Source: Eubacteriales bacterium
GTDB taxonomy: Bacteria; Bacillota; Clostridia; Oscillospirales; CAG-382
DNA length: 48,687 nt
Direction of reading: 5' to 3'
NCBI GenBank assembly: GCA_045657245.1
Contig: JAZOSQ010000012.1
Span: 1-48,687 of the forward strand
The position numbers and the translations under genes were made by a program. The first letter of the stretch is position 1; each line of letters begins with the position of its first letter. The notes under the pieces were generated by a model that had not been told where the DNA came from, did not search any database, and saw only the letters and a program-made list of their open reading frames with translations. This document shows positions 20,637 through 30,031 of the stretch, one piece after another.

Positions 20637-21590
20637 TTAACCGACAAATTTCACAAGAAGTCGGTACAACCACGGTGCTTTGCACGCCAACACGTCCACC
20701 ATTCTTTTAGGGAAGCTTTTTGATTTGTATATTGTTCTCAAGTCACCGGAGGTCATTGCCTTTAAGTCGCGTTTGCGTTTGGCGAGGTCATAACGGAAAC
20801 GAAGAATACGAGCCGTCACGATTTCGTCATATCGGCGGTCGGTTGCTTCGTTGAACACCGTCAACCCATCGATAAAACGCAAAATAGTTTTTTCACGGTG
20901 AGCGGCATTGTCCATTCGGGAAGTCCAAGAGCCGACGGCGTGGTTGCGGTATACCGTCATCGCGTCTGCGATCATATGAACCTTTCCGCTCATTGCGGAG
21001 TGAATGGCGATTGCATAATCTCCCGCGGGGAAGGAGTTTTTCCATTCGGGAAGATTTTTATAGACGTCGGTACGAATCATGATCGTTCCGAACTGAAAAA
21101 TTCTGCCTTTGCGCTCCAATATTATTTCTTCGAGCGAGAGGTCTGTATCTTGTTGGATTTTACAACGGTTTTCGGTTTTCCCTGTTTTCATGTTCAACCA
21201 TACGCAAGAACAAGCACACAAGGAGTAATCCGGATGAGTGCTGAGAAAATCATATTGTTTTTGAAGCTTCAAAGGATCGGTCCAATAGTCGTCACCTTCA
21301 CAAAAGGCAAGAAACTGTCCTTTTGCACGAGGGAGATTGAAGGTCTGGGAAATTTTGACACCCTTGGAAAATTGGTTTTCTTGTTGATATATCGGTTTGA
21401 TGATATCGGGGTATTTTTCTTCGTATTCCCTTATGATTTCAGCCGATTTATCTGTCGATGCATCATCGTGCACCAAAACTTCAAACGGGAAATCGGTCTT
21501 CTGTTTAACAAATCCTTCCAACGCGTCGCGAACATAACGTTCGTGATTGAATACGTTGCAAATAATGCTGACTTTAATATCCTGAGACAT
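20637..21590 (-). CDS. glycosyltransferase family 2
   Basis: FNHERYV, VHDDASTD, AFCEGDDYWTDPLKLQKQ. Confidence 0.92.
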   Translation of the reverse strand: MSQDIKVSIICNVFNHERYVRDALEGFVKQKTDFPFEVLVHDDASTDKSAEIIREYEEKYPDIIKPIYQQENQFSKGVKISQTFNLPRAKGQFLAFCEGDDYWTDPLKLQKQYDFLSTHPDYSLCACSCVWLNMKTGKTENRCKIQQDTDLSLEEIILERKGRIFQFGTIMIRTDVYKNLPEWKNSFPAGDYAIAIHSAMSGKVHMIADAMTVYRNHAVGSWTSRMDNAAHREKTILRFIDGLTVFNEATDRRYDEIVTARILRFRYDLAKRKRDLKAMTSGDLRTIYKSKSFPKRMVDVLACKAPWLYRLLVKFVG

Positions 21591-21605
21591 TCTTTTTCTC
21601 CTTTA

Positions 21606-22763
21606 TCAGAAGCACCATAGATACGGCATGGTTTGACTTGCGTTACGAATCGCATAAAATGCCAACCAATACATAAGCGCGATACCGACGATTATGCCTC
21701 TTGTGATCCAGTGGGTTTGTTTGTTACAACGGGCATAGGTGCGATCAAAAATACCAATCGTCACAATGTTTTGCAACGAAAAATATGCGGCGATTCGTTT
21801 GCCGAATACGATGAAGGCGGTGAGCTGTTGGAAAATCAAATAGCAAGCCGTGCACACCAAGAAATATTGCAAAAGCGAGTCGGTTTTTTTCAATCTATGG
21901 CGCAAACGATATGCCATTACAAGCTCGAACACCAACAACAAAGAAACAATGCCGGCATAAGATCTTGATTCGGTAACCATATAGAATTTATATTTATCGC
22001 TCAAGATCCCTACAAAAATCAATAGCTGACACAGAGGTTTAAACAACAGTACACCGGAGCCAAGAGCCGTCACGATAAAACGTTGACGTTCTTTTAACGA
22101 CCAAACTCGTTTTTCACCGAAAAATTTGCGTCCTCGGAATTTATATCCTCCGACGGTATATTTGCCGTACATAATATAGTAAATAGCCAATGCGCCGAAT
22201 GCCAACAACGCGGTGGAGTGGATTAAAGATGCTATAATAACCACGACAGAATATCGACGGAATTTCTTCTGCTCGATATCCTGCAAAAACGCAAAAATTA
22301 ATGCCATCGCCATATATTGACGCATGATGTTGAGCGAATGATTGAAGAAAAGCAAGTAAAATAAGGTTATAACCAATAGCGGATCTGCGTGCTTTTTCAT
22401 TCGGAAAGCACCGATATATACCCCCGTGATGATCCATGCATGAGCAAAGAACAGGAATAGTCGAAACCAACCGGTCGTTTGCGCAATTGTTCCCAAGAAA
22501 ATGGCAAACAACGGCTCGGTCCAGTTTTTAAGGTTCAAATATTCCCACAGTGAGTCCGCAGCCATGGCGGTCGGCCAATATTGTTGGTTGTGGACACGAT
22601 AGTTTTCCACGTCGATACCGATACTGTAATCGCGCAACCCGGCCAATATGACGGGCAAAGCGATACTGATGACCATATATGTAATTTTTTTGCGGTGGTC
22701 TGTTTGTTTCAACGCTAAATAGGCGAGAAAAATCGACAGACCAAAACACACAAGATAGGTCAT
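21606..22763 (-). CDS. EpsG-family (Wzy-like) polysaccharide polymerase
   Basis: About 10 TM; LRDYSIGIDVENY, EPLF, NIMRQYMA, IHSTA, C-terminal PY. Start moved to ATG 22763 using the GGAG RBS. Confidence 0.82.
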   Translation of the reverse strand: MTYLVCFGLSIFLAYLALKQTDHRKKITYMVISIALPVILAGLRDYSIGIDVENYRVHNQQYWPTAMAADSLWEYLNLKNWTEPLFAIFLGTIAQTTGWFRLFLFFAHAWIITGVYIGAFRMKKHADPLLVITLFYLLFFNHSLNIMRQYMAMALIFAFLQDIEQKKFRRYSVVVIIASLIHSTALLAFGALAIYYIMYGKYTVGGYKFRGRKFFGEKRVWSLKERQRFIVTALGSGVLLFKPLCQLLIFVGILSDKYKFYMVTESRSYAGIVSLLLVFELVMAYRLRHRLKKTDSLLQYFLVCTACYLIFQQLTAFIVFGKRIAAYFSLQNIVTIGIFDRTYARCNKQTHWITRGIIVGIALMYWLAFYAIRNASQTMPYLWCF

Positions 22764-22833
22764 AAGAAGTTCTCCCAAGGGCAAAATTCGCCGGAAGGCA
22801 CAAATACCCCATAATATACTTATTCTATTTTCC

Positions 22834-22862
22834 AGTATACCCTAAAAGCGAGAGTTTTGCAA
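22834..22862 (-). promoter_or_regulatory. sigma-A promoter of the polysaccharide cluster
   Basis: Minus strand TTGCAA, 17 bp spacer, TATACT. Confidence 0.65.
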
Positions 22863-23140
22863 GATGATTTTCGCGATAAATATACTTTAAATTTGCTTAT
22901 ATTTCAAGAAGTTGTTTTAAATATGAAAAATCGAAATAAACTTTTCGTTTCCGAGTCAAAAAAGAGTTTTCTTTTTGAATAATAGCACATTTCATCCTCG
23001 GTTCTATCAATTGCGCCGATTTTAGATTTAAGAAAGACTTATCAGAAAAAAACCTCGGAATCTTTTGACCCCGAGGGTTTTGTGAATTTTGTAGAGGTGA
23101 CATTGAGAGGGAATCGCGGAGAAATCCCCCTGACAAGAAG

Positions 23141-23169
23141 AAAAAAGCCCGAGGTAAATCCTCGGGCTT
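23141..23169 (-). terminator. intrinsic terminator of the tubulin-like operon
   Basis: AAGCCCGAGG-TAAAT-CCTCGGGCTT stem with a U-tract on the minus strand, ~48 nt past the stop at 23217. Confidence 0.75.
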
Positions 23170-23216
23170 GAAACGTTATGTTTTATCCAACAAGTAAGGT
23201 TTCGTAAAACCTGCAC

Positions 23217-24293
23217 TCATCCGAACGGATAACGGTCGGGTGTGAAGGGCGTATCCTCACAAGTCATCGCATCGCGAGACAACGGATATGCATCCTCGTA
23301 CAAGCAGAAGCCAACACCATAGTCGTCTTGACGATTTCGTGTGATAAGCTCTTCCCGCTTTGCCACGGTCGTTTCGCCAATCAAATATAAATATTGAATT
23401 TCCGCCCATTTTGCCATGCCTTCATAAATCAGCAAACGTTTGCTCTTGGGACATTTTTTAAGGTTTTTATTGTTGTCCCAATGAGTATATTGCCAAATGT
23501 GCGTTAATTCATGAGCGAAGGTTGCAATCAACGAAATTCGAGGAGCGCCATTTTCTAAAATGATGCTATATTTCTTTTTCTTGTTAATGGCAACACCCAG
23601 AATCAACATGCTTTGGCTATCGGCTGTTCCTAAAGGCATTCCTAAACGTTTTTTAAGTTTTCTTTCTTCTGTAACTTCAATAGAAACAGGCACATCGATT
23701 GTTGCAGCAAAGAAGTTTTCCATGTTCAAAGCAACTCTTTGACAAATTTCTTCCGCTTCGGATTTGGTTTTCACGATAGAGCTACTGCAAGTCGTGCAGC
23801 GCATACGACCATCAGGCAAACGATAAAATTCGACACCTGCGATTTCTGCTCCGCAATAAGAACAATACATTTGATTGTTTTTGCTGCTGTCTGACTCGCG
23901 AAAAACTTCAGAATCATGTTTTCCTTCTCTAGCTTGGCGGAGTTCTCCTCCATCAAAGCCCAAAAGATTCAGAAAGTTTTTGGTTTCTTGCAAATCTAAA
24001 GGCGTGCTGCGTTTTCCTTCGCGATATTTAAGATAATATCTTTCGTGGTAAGGAACCTCAGCTTTGGTATTAGATTCAGCAACATCAACCTGCGAAGTTG
24101 TTTCTGCAGTTTCGGTTTCTTCAACAGAATCGAATTCGGTAGCATCAACCTGCGAAGTGATTTCTGCAGCTTCGGTTTCTTCAACAGAATCGGATTCGGT
24201 ATCATCAACCTGCGAAGTGATTTCTGCAGTTTCAGATTCTTCAACAGGAGCATCCTGTTGGAGTTCTTCGGATATAGAGTTGAAATCACTCAT
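23217..24293 (-). CDS. DA1-like zinc metallopeptidase with a CxxC..CxxC Zn-finger and acidic repeat N-terminus
   Basis: YCSYCG...GRMRCTTC; FAHELTHIWQ (HExxH); YEGMAKW; DDYGVGF; RBS GAGGTG; ATG overlaps the upstream stop. Confidence 0.75.
   Translation of the reverse strand: MSDFNSISEELQQDAPVEESETAEITSQVDDTESDSVEETEAAEITSQVDATEFDSVEETETAETTSQVDVAESNTKAEVPYHERYYLKYREGKRSTPLDLQETKNFLNLLGFDGGELRQAREGKHDSEVFRESDSSKNNQMYCSYCGAEIAGVEFYRLPDGRMRCTTCSSSIVKTKSEAEEICQRVALNMENFFAATIDVPVSIEVTEERKLKKRLGMPLGTADSQSMLILGVAINKKKKYSIILENGAPRISLIATFAHELTHIWQYTHWDNNKNLKKCPKSKRLLIYEGMAKWAEIQYLYLIGETTVAKREELITRNRQDDYGVGFCLYEDAYPLSRDAMTCEDTPFTPDRYPFG
24074..24247. repeat. 60-bp tandem repeat, ~3 copies (VEETEAAEITSQVDDTESDS-like)
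   Basis: CATCAACCTGCGAAGT...TTCTTCAACAG recurs with a period of 60 nt. Confidence 0.9.
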
Positions 24294-27200
24294 TCTCGCT
24301 CACCTCAACTTCGTTTTGTGATTCATCAAGATCTGTTACATCATCTTTGGAAGAATCTGCATCGTCCTGCGCTTCGTCAGCTTCGATTGCTTCTTCGGAA
24401 GAATCTGCATCGTCTTGTGCTTCGTCAGCTTCGATTGCTTCTTCGGAAGAATCCGCATCGTCCTGCGCTTCGTCAGACTCGATTGTCTCTTCGGAAGAAT
24501 CTGCCTCAGAAGGTTGATTTTCTACCGCTTCTTCGGTTTCAACCTGTTCGTCAGCTTGTTTCTGTTTCTTAGCAAGTTTTTTCGCTTCTTTTTCGGCCTG
24601 TCGTTGTTCTTTTTCGGCCTGTTTTCTTTCTTTTTCAGCTTGTTTTTTCGCCTGCTTTTCAGCTCGTTTTGCGGCTTTTTCGGCTTTCTTGCGTTGTCTG
24701 GGAGTTAGATTGTCGCCATCCTCCGATGTGGCTCTATCAGAATTATCTTTTGCTTTTTTGTTTTTCTTGAATAATCCTTTGAACCAGCTTGCGATTCTGC
24801 CGAAAAATCCTTTTTTCTCTTTTGTTTCGCCATCTTCGGCATAAACATCGAATTGAGCAGAGTCGTTATCGGATGTGGGCGCGTCTTGTTTGCGAAGACT
24901 TTCTTCGATTTGTTCGTCATTCCAAGCAAGATAATCTGCAATTATTTGGAAAATACGCTCGATATTACGTTCGACAGCAATCAATAGACCGATGTCAAGT
25001 TGGCTATCTTCAAGAATGAAAATACATTTATCTGTATTTTCGACTTCTTCTCCAAACGCAAGACTATAAGTCAACGGAGCATCATATTGTCCCGGTGTTA
25101 CCGCCGAAATGAAAGGTTGATTTTCTGCAAACAAAGTCACAAAGATTTCGTTTAATAGATTGGTTAATGTCATTCTCACAGAATCTGTGAAAGCATCACC
25201 AAGCTTGGAAAAATCGAACTTTAAGATTTGTTTATGGAAATATTCGCGTTTAGGAACGCCATTTACCATAATCACATCGCCGTCATCAAAATCATTATGG
25301 GCGTGTAGTTTCCAATATCCGGGAGTTTCGACACTGAAATCGGCAAATTGATAATGAATGTCAATGTTATTAACCGATTTCAACGCACCCATAGAAGAGC
25401 TATCTTCTATTTTATGCAAGGTGTAATTACGAATTTGACGATATGCCAATCTGCCGCCGATATGTTCTGACGCACGACGTACCAAAATACGGTTATCCGT
25501 GGCATTAGAAATCATTTCGTAATATTTACCATTAAGGGTGAAGAATTGTCCGGGCAAGTATTTTTGATATACGTGACCCTTCAATTCGGTGCCGATATAA
25601 ATATCTCTGTCTTCTTGCTCAGCAATATAACTTGCATTTTGCAAATCGTTCAAGATGATTCTTGAAAAGTTTTCATTTTCGATTGTGTAAACACTTTCGA
25701 ATTTTCCGCTTTCAATATCATATGCACGTGTGAAAAGTATGGTCGAATCTTTTTCGAAGGAAACGTCAACACCAAAACTATTCTTGAACGAAAGAATTGC
25801 GTTTCCGTCCTTATCTTTGGTTTCTTCTTTTCCGAATATTGTACAAATTTCTTCCCAAATTGCGGAAATGGGATCTTTTGTATCGATATTCAACATAACC
25901 AATTGTCGAAGAAGAACTTCTTCTTTGACAGAATCAATACACAACAACAAACACAACGTCAAAATGGAATTACGTTTTGTACGTGCGTAATCGGCTGTAA
26001 TATACGGAATTGCCTTGGCATCCGTTAAAAACAACTTCGAGTTGCTTGACATATATTCTCGCAACATATATTCCGAAGATATGACGTTTACGAATCCTTG
26101 TTGTTCTGTGACTGTAGCGAAATTTCTTCGTGTTTCAAACAAGTTATTACGGTCATCTTCGACAGTAATAAACGAATTATCGCCGACACGTTCGTCACAC
26201 ATGTTTATAGATGTGCGGAAACATTTGTCAAAGGTTTCTTGGTTGGTGGGAAGTTGCGCATAATTAAGCAAATCATAATAATATTGTTTTGCTATCCAAT
26301 GAACATCGCGCACCGGGTATGCTTCGCTACCATACCAAATGGTTTTTTCCACTTGGTTTTTTAATGCGACCATAGAAAATTCGGTACCCATACCCAAAGA
26401 TCTGGATATACCCGGCAATATTCTATGTTGCAAATAATCCTCGTCGGAGGTCCAATACATATAGGAACTCATGCCATGAGGATATTCGGTGGCGGAAACT
26501 TCGGTGATGTTGGTCATTAAAATATGCGAAAGAGCATCTACTAATCCATCGCAGTTGCGGTCGACCGAACAGAATGTGATGTCGCGTTCTTTTCCGCAAC
26601 ATTTAACAAGCAAGTTCAATCCTATTTGAGCAGTGGTAACCAGTTTGGAAGGTTCTACCATAAACACAAAGGATACTTTTCGGAGGAACGCAAGGTTGTT
26701 TTTGTGAATATCCAACGAATGAACGCCGGAGCGTGTGATAATTCCGATGTCGGGAAGATCATCCTCGTTGGTTTTTTCGCCGGTGATGACTCTTATTTTC
26801 CAAAGATCGGGAATGTTTGAAATTCCTTTCATACCTTCGGAACTCCATTTGAGAAGATCATCCTCGGTTCCGTGGCGGCCCAATACAATGAGTATTTTTC
26901 CGCCGGTGAGTAATTCGCGGTTCATTGCATAGAAAATGTAGGGGTTCAGTTTGTCATAAAACGGAGTGTTAAACAACAAACTTTTGCCAACGGATAGGTC
27001 GTAACCACAACGAAGATAGTCTACGTTGGGTTTCAATCCGTTTTCCATTTTATTGCGAATGAACATAGCATAGTTTGCGCCGATATGCTTGCCATTTTTC
27101 TCGAGATCAACCAAAATATCTTCGAGGGCGCCACCCGTCATTCCGCCGTTGTTAACGGTGGTTCCTTCTGCCGCGAGTTTGTCTCCAAACAATAATCTCA

Positions 27201-27921
27201 ACGGTTTACGCAAAAGCGGGTACATTGCAATATGGCGAGCAGAATCCGATTGCATTTCGAATGATGCCTTTTTTTCGTCTGCGCTTATGCCGTCAATAAA
27301 GAAGGCCAATTCGCCAATAATTATAACCGCAAAAACCGGATAGAACGGTGCGCTTATCAAGTTATTCATGCACAAGCCGCAAGAAACGAACAGAGCCACT
27401 CCGGATATGAAACAGCTTCCGTAATATGCAACTTTTATGAAGGTACGGGCCTGACCGTAATGTTCCTTGATATACCAGCAATCGTCCAATTCGTCGTAAG
27501 AGTAGAACAATTCTACCATCGAACGCACAAACGTATTCTTGGGAATCTTTATTCTTCCGATTATTAAAGTCAAAATGCGTTTGGCTATTACATAAAGTAC
27601 AAGCGCTGCGGTATTGAACAATACCAATTCAAGATAGATACCCCAACTTGTATAAATATCGCGGATAAAATTCCCGACCATAGGGAGGTGTATCTTATCG
27701 AATAACACAGCAACCAAAATGAACTTATCATAAATGAATGCCGCCAACTTATCAAGAAATATCAGCAACGTGACACTATATACAACAGCAATTATAGGCA
27801 TTGGATATTGTCGGTTGCGGTTTTCTTTTTTTACGTTGGATTTGCCATTAAAAAATGCAAACAGCACGAAGGGAAGAAATGAAATAACAAATTCTATCCA
27901 AAACAGAATATTACTTTTCAT
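24286..27921 (-). CDS. 1211-aa membrane protein: ~5 N-terminal TM, degenerate SF2 helicase-like core, charged/acidic tail
   Basis: Hydrophobic N-terminus; GKSLLFNTP, FLRKVSFVFMVEP and CSVD fall in the order of helicase motifs I/II/III but lack GKT and DExH; PGQFFTLNGKYY; FILEDSQLDIGLL. Confidence 0.6.
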   Translation of the reverse strand: MKSNILFWIEFVISFLPFVLFAFFNGKSNVKKENRNRQYPMPIIAVVYSVTLLIFLDKLAAFIYDKFILVAVLFDKIHLPMVGNFIRDIYTSWGIYLELVLFNTAALVLYVIAKRILTLIIGRIKIPKNTFVRSMVELFYSYDELDDCWYIKEHYGQARTFIKVAYYGSCFISGVALFVSCGLCMNNLISAPFYPVFAVIIIGELAFFIDGISADEKKASFEMQSDSARHIAMYPLLRKPLRLLFGDKLAAEGTTVNNGGMTGGALEDILVDLEKNGKHIGANYAMFIRNKMENGLKPNVDYLRCGYDLSVGKSLLFNTPFYDKLNPYIFYAMNRELLTGGKILIVLGRHGTEDDLLKWSSEGMKGISNIPDLWKIRVITGEKTNEDDLPDIGIITRSGVHSLDIHKNNLAFLRKVSFVFMVEPSKLVTTAQIGLNLLVKCCGKERDITFCSVDRNCDGLVDALSHILMTNITEVSATEYPHGMSSYMYWTSDEDYLQHRILPGISRSLGMGTEFSMVALKNQVEKTIWYGSEAYPVRDVHWIAKQYYYDLLNYAQLPTNQETFDKCFRTSINMCDERVGDNSFITVEDDRNNLFETRRNFATVTEQQGFVNVISSEYMLREYMSSNSKLFLTDAKAIPYITADYARTKRNSILTLCLLLCIDSVKEEVLLRQLVMLNIDTKDPISAIWEEICTIFGKEETKDKDGNAILSFKNSFGVDVSFEKDSTILFTRAYDIESGKFESVYTIENENFSRIILNDLQNASYIAEQEDRDIYIGTELKGHVYQKYLPGQFFTLNGKYYEMISNATDNRILVRRASEHIGGRLAYRQIRNYTLHKIEDSSSMGALKSVNNIDIHYQFADFSVETPGYWKLHAHNDFDDGDVIMVNGVPKREYFHKQILKFDFSKLGDAFTDSVRMTLTNLLNEIFVTLFAENQPFISAVTPGQYDAPLTYSLAFGEEVENTDKCIFILEDSQLDIGLLIAVERNIERIFQIIADYLAWNDEQIEESLRKQDAPTSDNDSAQFDVYAEDGETKEKKGFFGRIASWFKGLFKKNKKAKDNSDRATSEDGDNLTPRQRKKAEKAAKRAEKQAKKQAEKERKQAEKEQRQAEKEAKKLAKKQKQADEQVETEEAVENQPSEADSSEETIESDEAQDDADSSEEAIEADEAQDDADSSEEAIEADEAQDDADSSKDDVTDLDESQNEVEVSENE
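24349..24504. repeat. 48-bp tandem repeat, ~3.3 copies (ADSSEEAIEADEAQDD)
   Basis: GGAAGAATC(T/C)GC at 24349, 24397, 24445 and 24493. Confidence 0.9.
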
Positions 27922-30016
27922 ATATTCCCTCCATTCTCACTGAAATACGTGTGACATAACTTGACGGTACGGATACAAAATTACCGCCAGAAATAAATTC
28001 AATTTGACGTTTATCCCCAGCAAGGAACGGTGCGGGATATTCAAATTCTAAGGCTTGATCAAAATCATATTCATAGGGACGACACATGGTTTCATCACAG
28101 AAAGTAGAACGATCGCCAAAATAGTCTCCGTAATCTTCAAGAAGTTGTGCACGTCTTTTCTTGATATCTTCTTGATGTTTTTTACGAATGCGCAAACTTC
28201 GTGTATATACATCCAAGTTTTGTGTTGCAAATTTTCGGACCGCATGACCTCTGCGCACATTCGAGGAAGCACTTAAATATTTAGAGAATCGTCTCAGTGA
28301 TGATTGAATGTCGTTTATGATTTCGTGTACAGTATCGTTGTACGCTTTAACAGCTTTTATTAAAGCCGTTCGTAAGAAAAACAAGGTTGCAAGCAAAATG
28401 ATTGCGAGGATACCTGTCATTGAAAGACACAGGACCACCGCTGTGCTGACCGTTTTGAGCGTGTTGTGGTTTGCAAGGAGGAATGGCGAGAAGCACATTA
28501 TATATAAACCAATGCAAATTGCACTCAAAATCATTACGGTTTTTTTGGACATACGACCGCTAATGGCCTTTTTGATTTTCTCAGACTCACTTGATATGCG
28601 TTTGTTGTGCTTAGATACGTCTGTAAAATCCGGGGGCACAGATGCAATCATTTCATCTTCTTCGGAATCGGTATAATCGCGAATATCGTCAATCTGTAAG
28701 GGCGTCAAACGACTGATGTTGATATCAAGCATATCATCAAAAGTAGCCATCTGGTTTACGCTTTTCCTAACAGCGCGAGATTGTTGCTTCGCAATATACG
28801 CAAGAGCCTTTTCGGACTCGCGAAAACTACTGTTCCATTTATGGTATTCATTTTGGGGACTATCGAAAAATAAACCATAATCCTTTTCGGCAAATACCTT
28901 TTCGAAATCGCATGATTCGTCCAACAACACAGGTACATCTTTCGGTGTACAAAACATTGCTTCGGCGGCTTTGTCTGTGAGATCAGCCGGGATTTCTCCA
29001 CGAATCTTTTCCATTTCGGCTTCGATAACCTCATACGTTGACGACAACTTCTTGTCATAAGAGGTTACCATCGTACATAACGGAGCGTCGTCGGTTTCGA
29101 CTTCAAGTTGATATAGACGTCTTGCCTGCAACGCGCTTCCGGGAACCGGATTGGAAATAAAGATTAGAGTCGAAGCCAAAAATCTAATATAGTCGGTACG
29201 ATAATCGCGATGGTGTTTAGGTAGCAAATCAAACACCATAAAGCGCATCTTATCGAAATACATATTACGATCAGCGAATTTTGAATATTCGCTATCTTGA
29301 TATATGTTCCAATAGTCTTCGGGATCGAAATAACTTTTTTCCGTTGTACGAATGGAAATGCATTGTATTTCCGTCGGAAAGGCGATATTCAAAGTATTTC
29401 CTGCGAGAAACTCTCTTCGAATATTTTCCTTCACGCGCAACTCGTTTTTATATTGACTTTTTTCGAGCAACTCTAATCTCGCACTGGGTTTCAAACCATT
29501 TTGGTCGAATTGTTCCATCGCCCAATCTTGAACACTCTGTTTATCCTTAACGTCGTTGAGGATATAGTCTTCGGGTTTAAAACACAACCATGTGGACAAT
29601 TTTTGAAGCGGATTCGTTAGAGCGCTTCTATAAATTTCGGTTTTTTTAGTTGCCACTTCGTCATAGTGCTTTTTCCACTCATTTTCCCATAAATCCCAAG
29701 ATTCATCCTTGTCGGGTTGGGCTTTGGGAGGAGTCATAGCGGAAACGGCACTGTAATCGACGATATCAAAGGGGTTGCGCATCTTTATGCTATCGGAAGT
29801 CACGGGATTAATTATGACTGCGCGCCAAACCTTTTTTCTTCCAACGGCATCCAGCAATCCCGGGACAGAATCGGCAAGATTCTGTCCCATCGGATTCCAA
29901 TAACAAAATGAGATTTCCTTGTTTTTCAGAAACGGTTCAAAAAACAGCTTATTATCCTGCTGTATAGCATCAATATGTTCTTTTTCAGCTATTAAAACTG
30001 TGAACAAATTCATCAA
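27911..30016 (-). CDS. hypothetical 701-aa protein with a 2-TM hairpin flanked by coiled-coil segments
   Basis: Long ORF that overlaps the downstream gene by 11 nt; two adjacent hydrophobic helices (TVMILSAICIGLYIMCFSPFLL / VVLCLSMTGILAIILLATLFFL). Confidence 0.8.
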   Translation of the reverse strand: MMNLFTVLIAEKEHIDAIQQDNKLFFEPFLKNKEISFCYWNPMGQNLADSVPGLLDAVGRKKVWRAVIINPVTSDSIKMRNPFDIVDYSAVSAMTPPKAQPDKDESWDLWENEWKKHYDEVATKKTEIYRSALTNPLQKLSTWLCFKPEDYILNDVKDKQSVQDWAMEQFDQNGLKPSARLELLEKSQYKNELRVKENIRREFLAGNTLNIAFPTEIQCISIRTTEKSYFDPEDYWNIYQDSEYSKFADRNMYFDKMRFMVFDLLPKHHRDYRTDYIRFLASTLIFISNPVPGSALQARRLYQLEVETDDAPLCTMVTSYDKKLSSTYEVIEAEMEKIRGEIPADLTDKAAEAMFCTPKDVPVLLDESCDFEKVFAEKDYGLFFDSPQNEYHKWNSSFRESEKALAYIAKQQSRAVRKSVNQMATFDDMLDINISRLTPLQIDDIRDYTDSEEDEMIASVPPDFTDVSKHNKRISSESEKIKKAISGRMSKKTVMILSAICIGLYIMCFSPFLLANHNTLKTVSTAVVLCLSMTGILAIILLATLFFLRTALIKAVKAYNDTVHEIINDIQSSLRRFSKYLSASSNVRRGHAVRKFATQNLDVYTRSLRIRKKHQEDIKKRRAQLLEDYGDYFGDRSTFCDETMCRPYEYDFDQALEFEYPAPFLAGDKRQIEFISGGNFVSVPSSYVTRISVRMEGIYEK

Positions 30017-30031
30017 CTCCGTTTCTTTTTA

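Noticed and set aside
24074-24504. Tandem repeats as a CRISPR array
   Set aside because: Periods are multiples of 3 (60 and 48), in-frame within CDSs, with no unique spacers.
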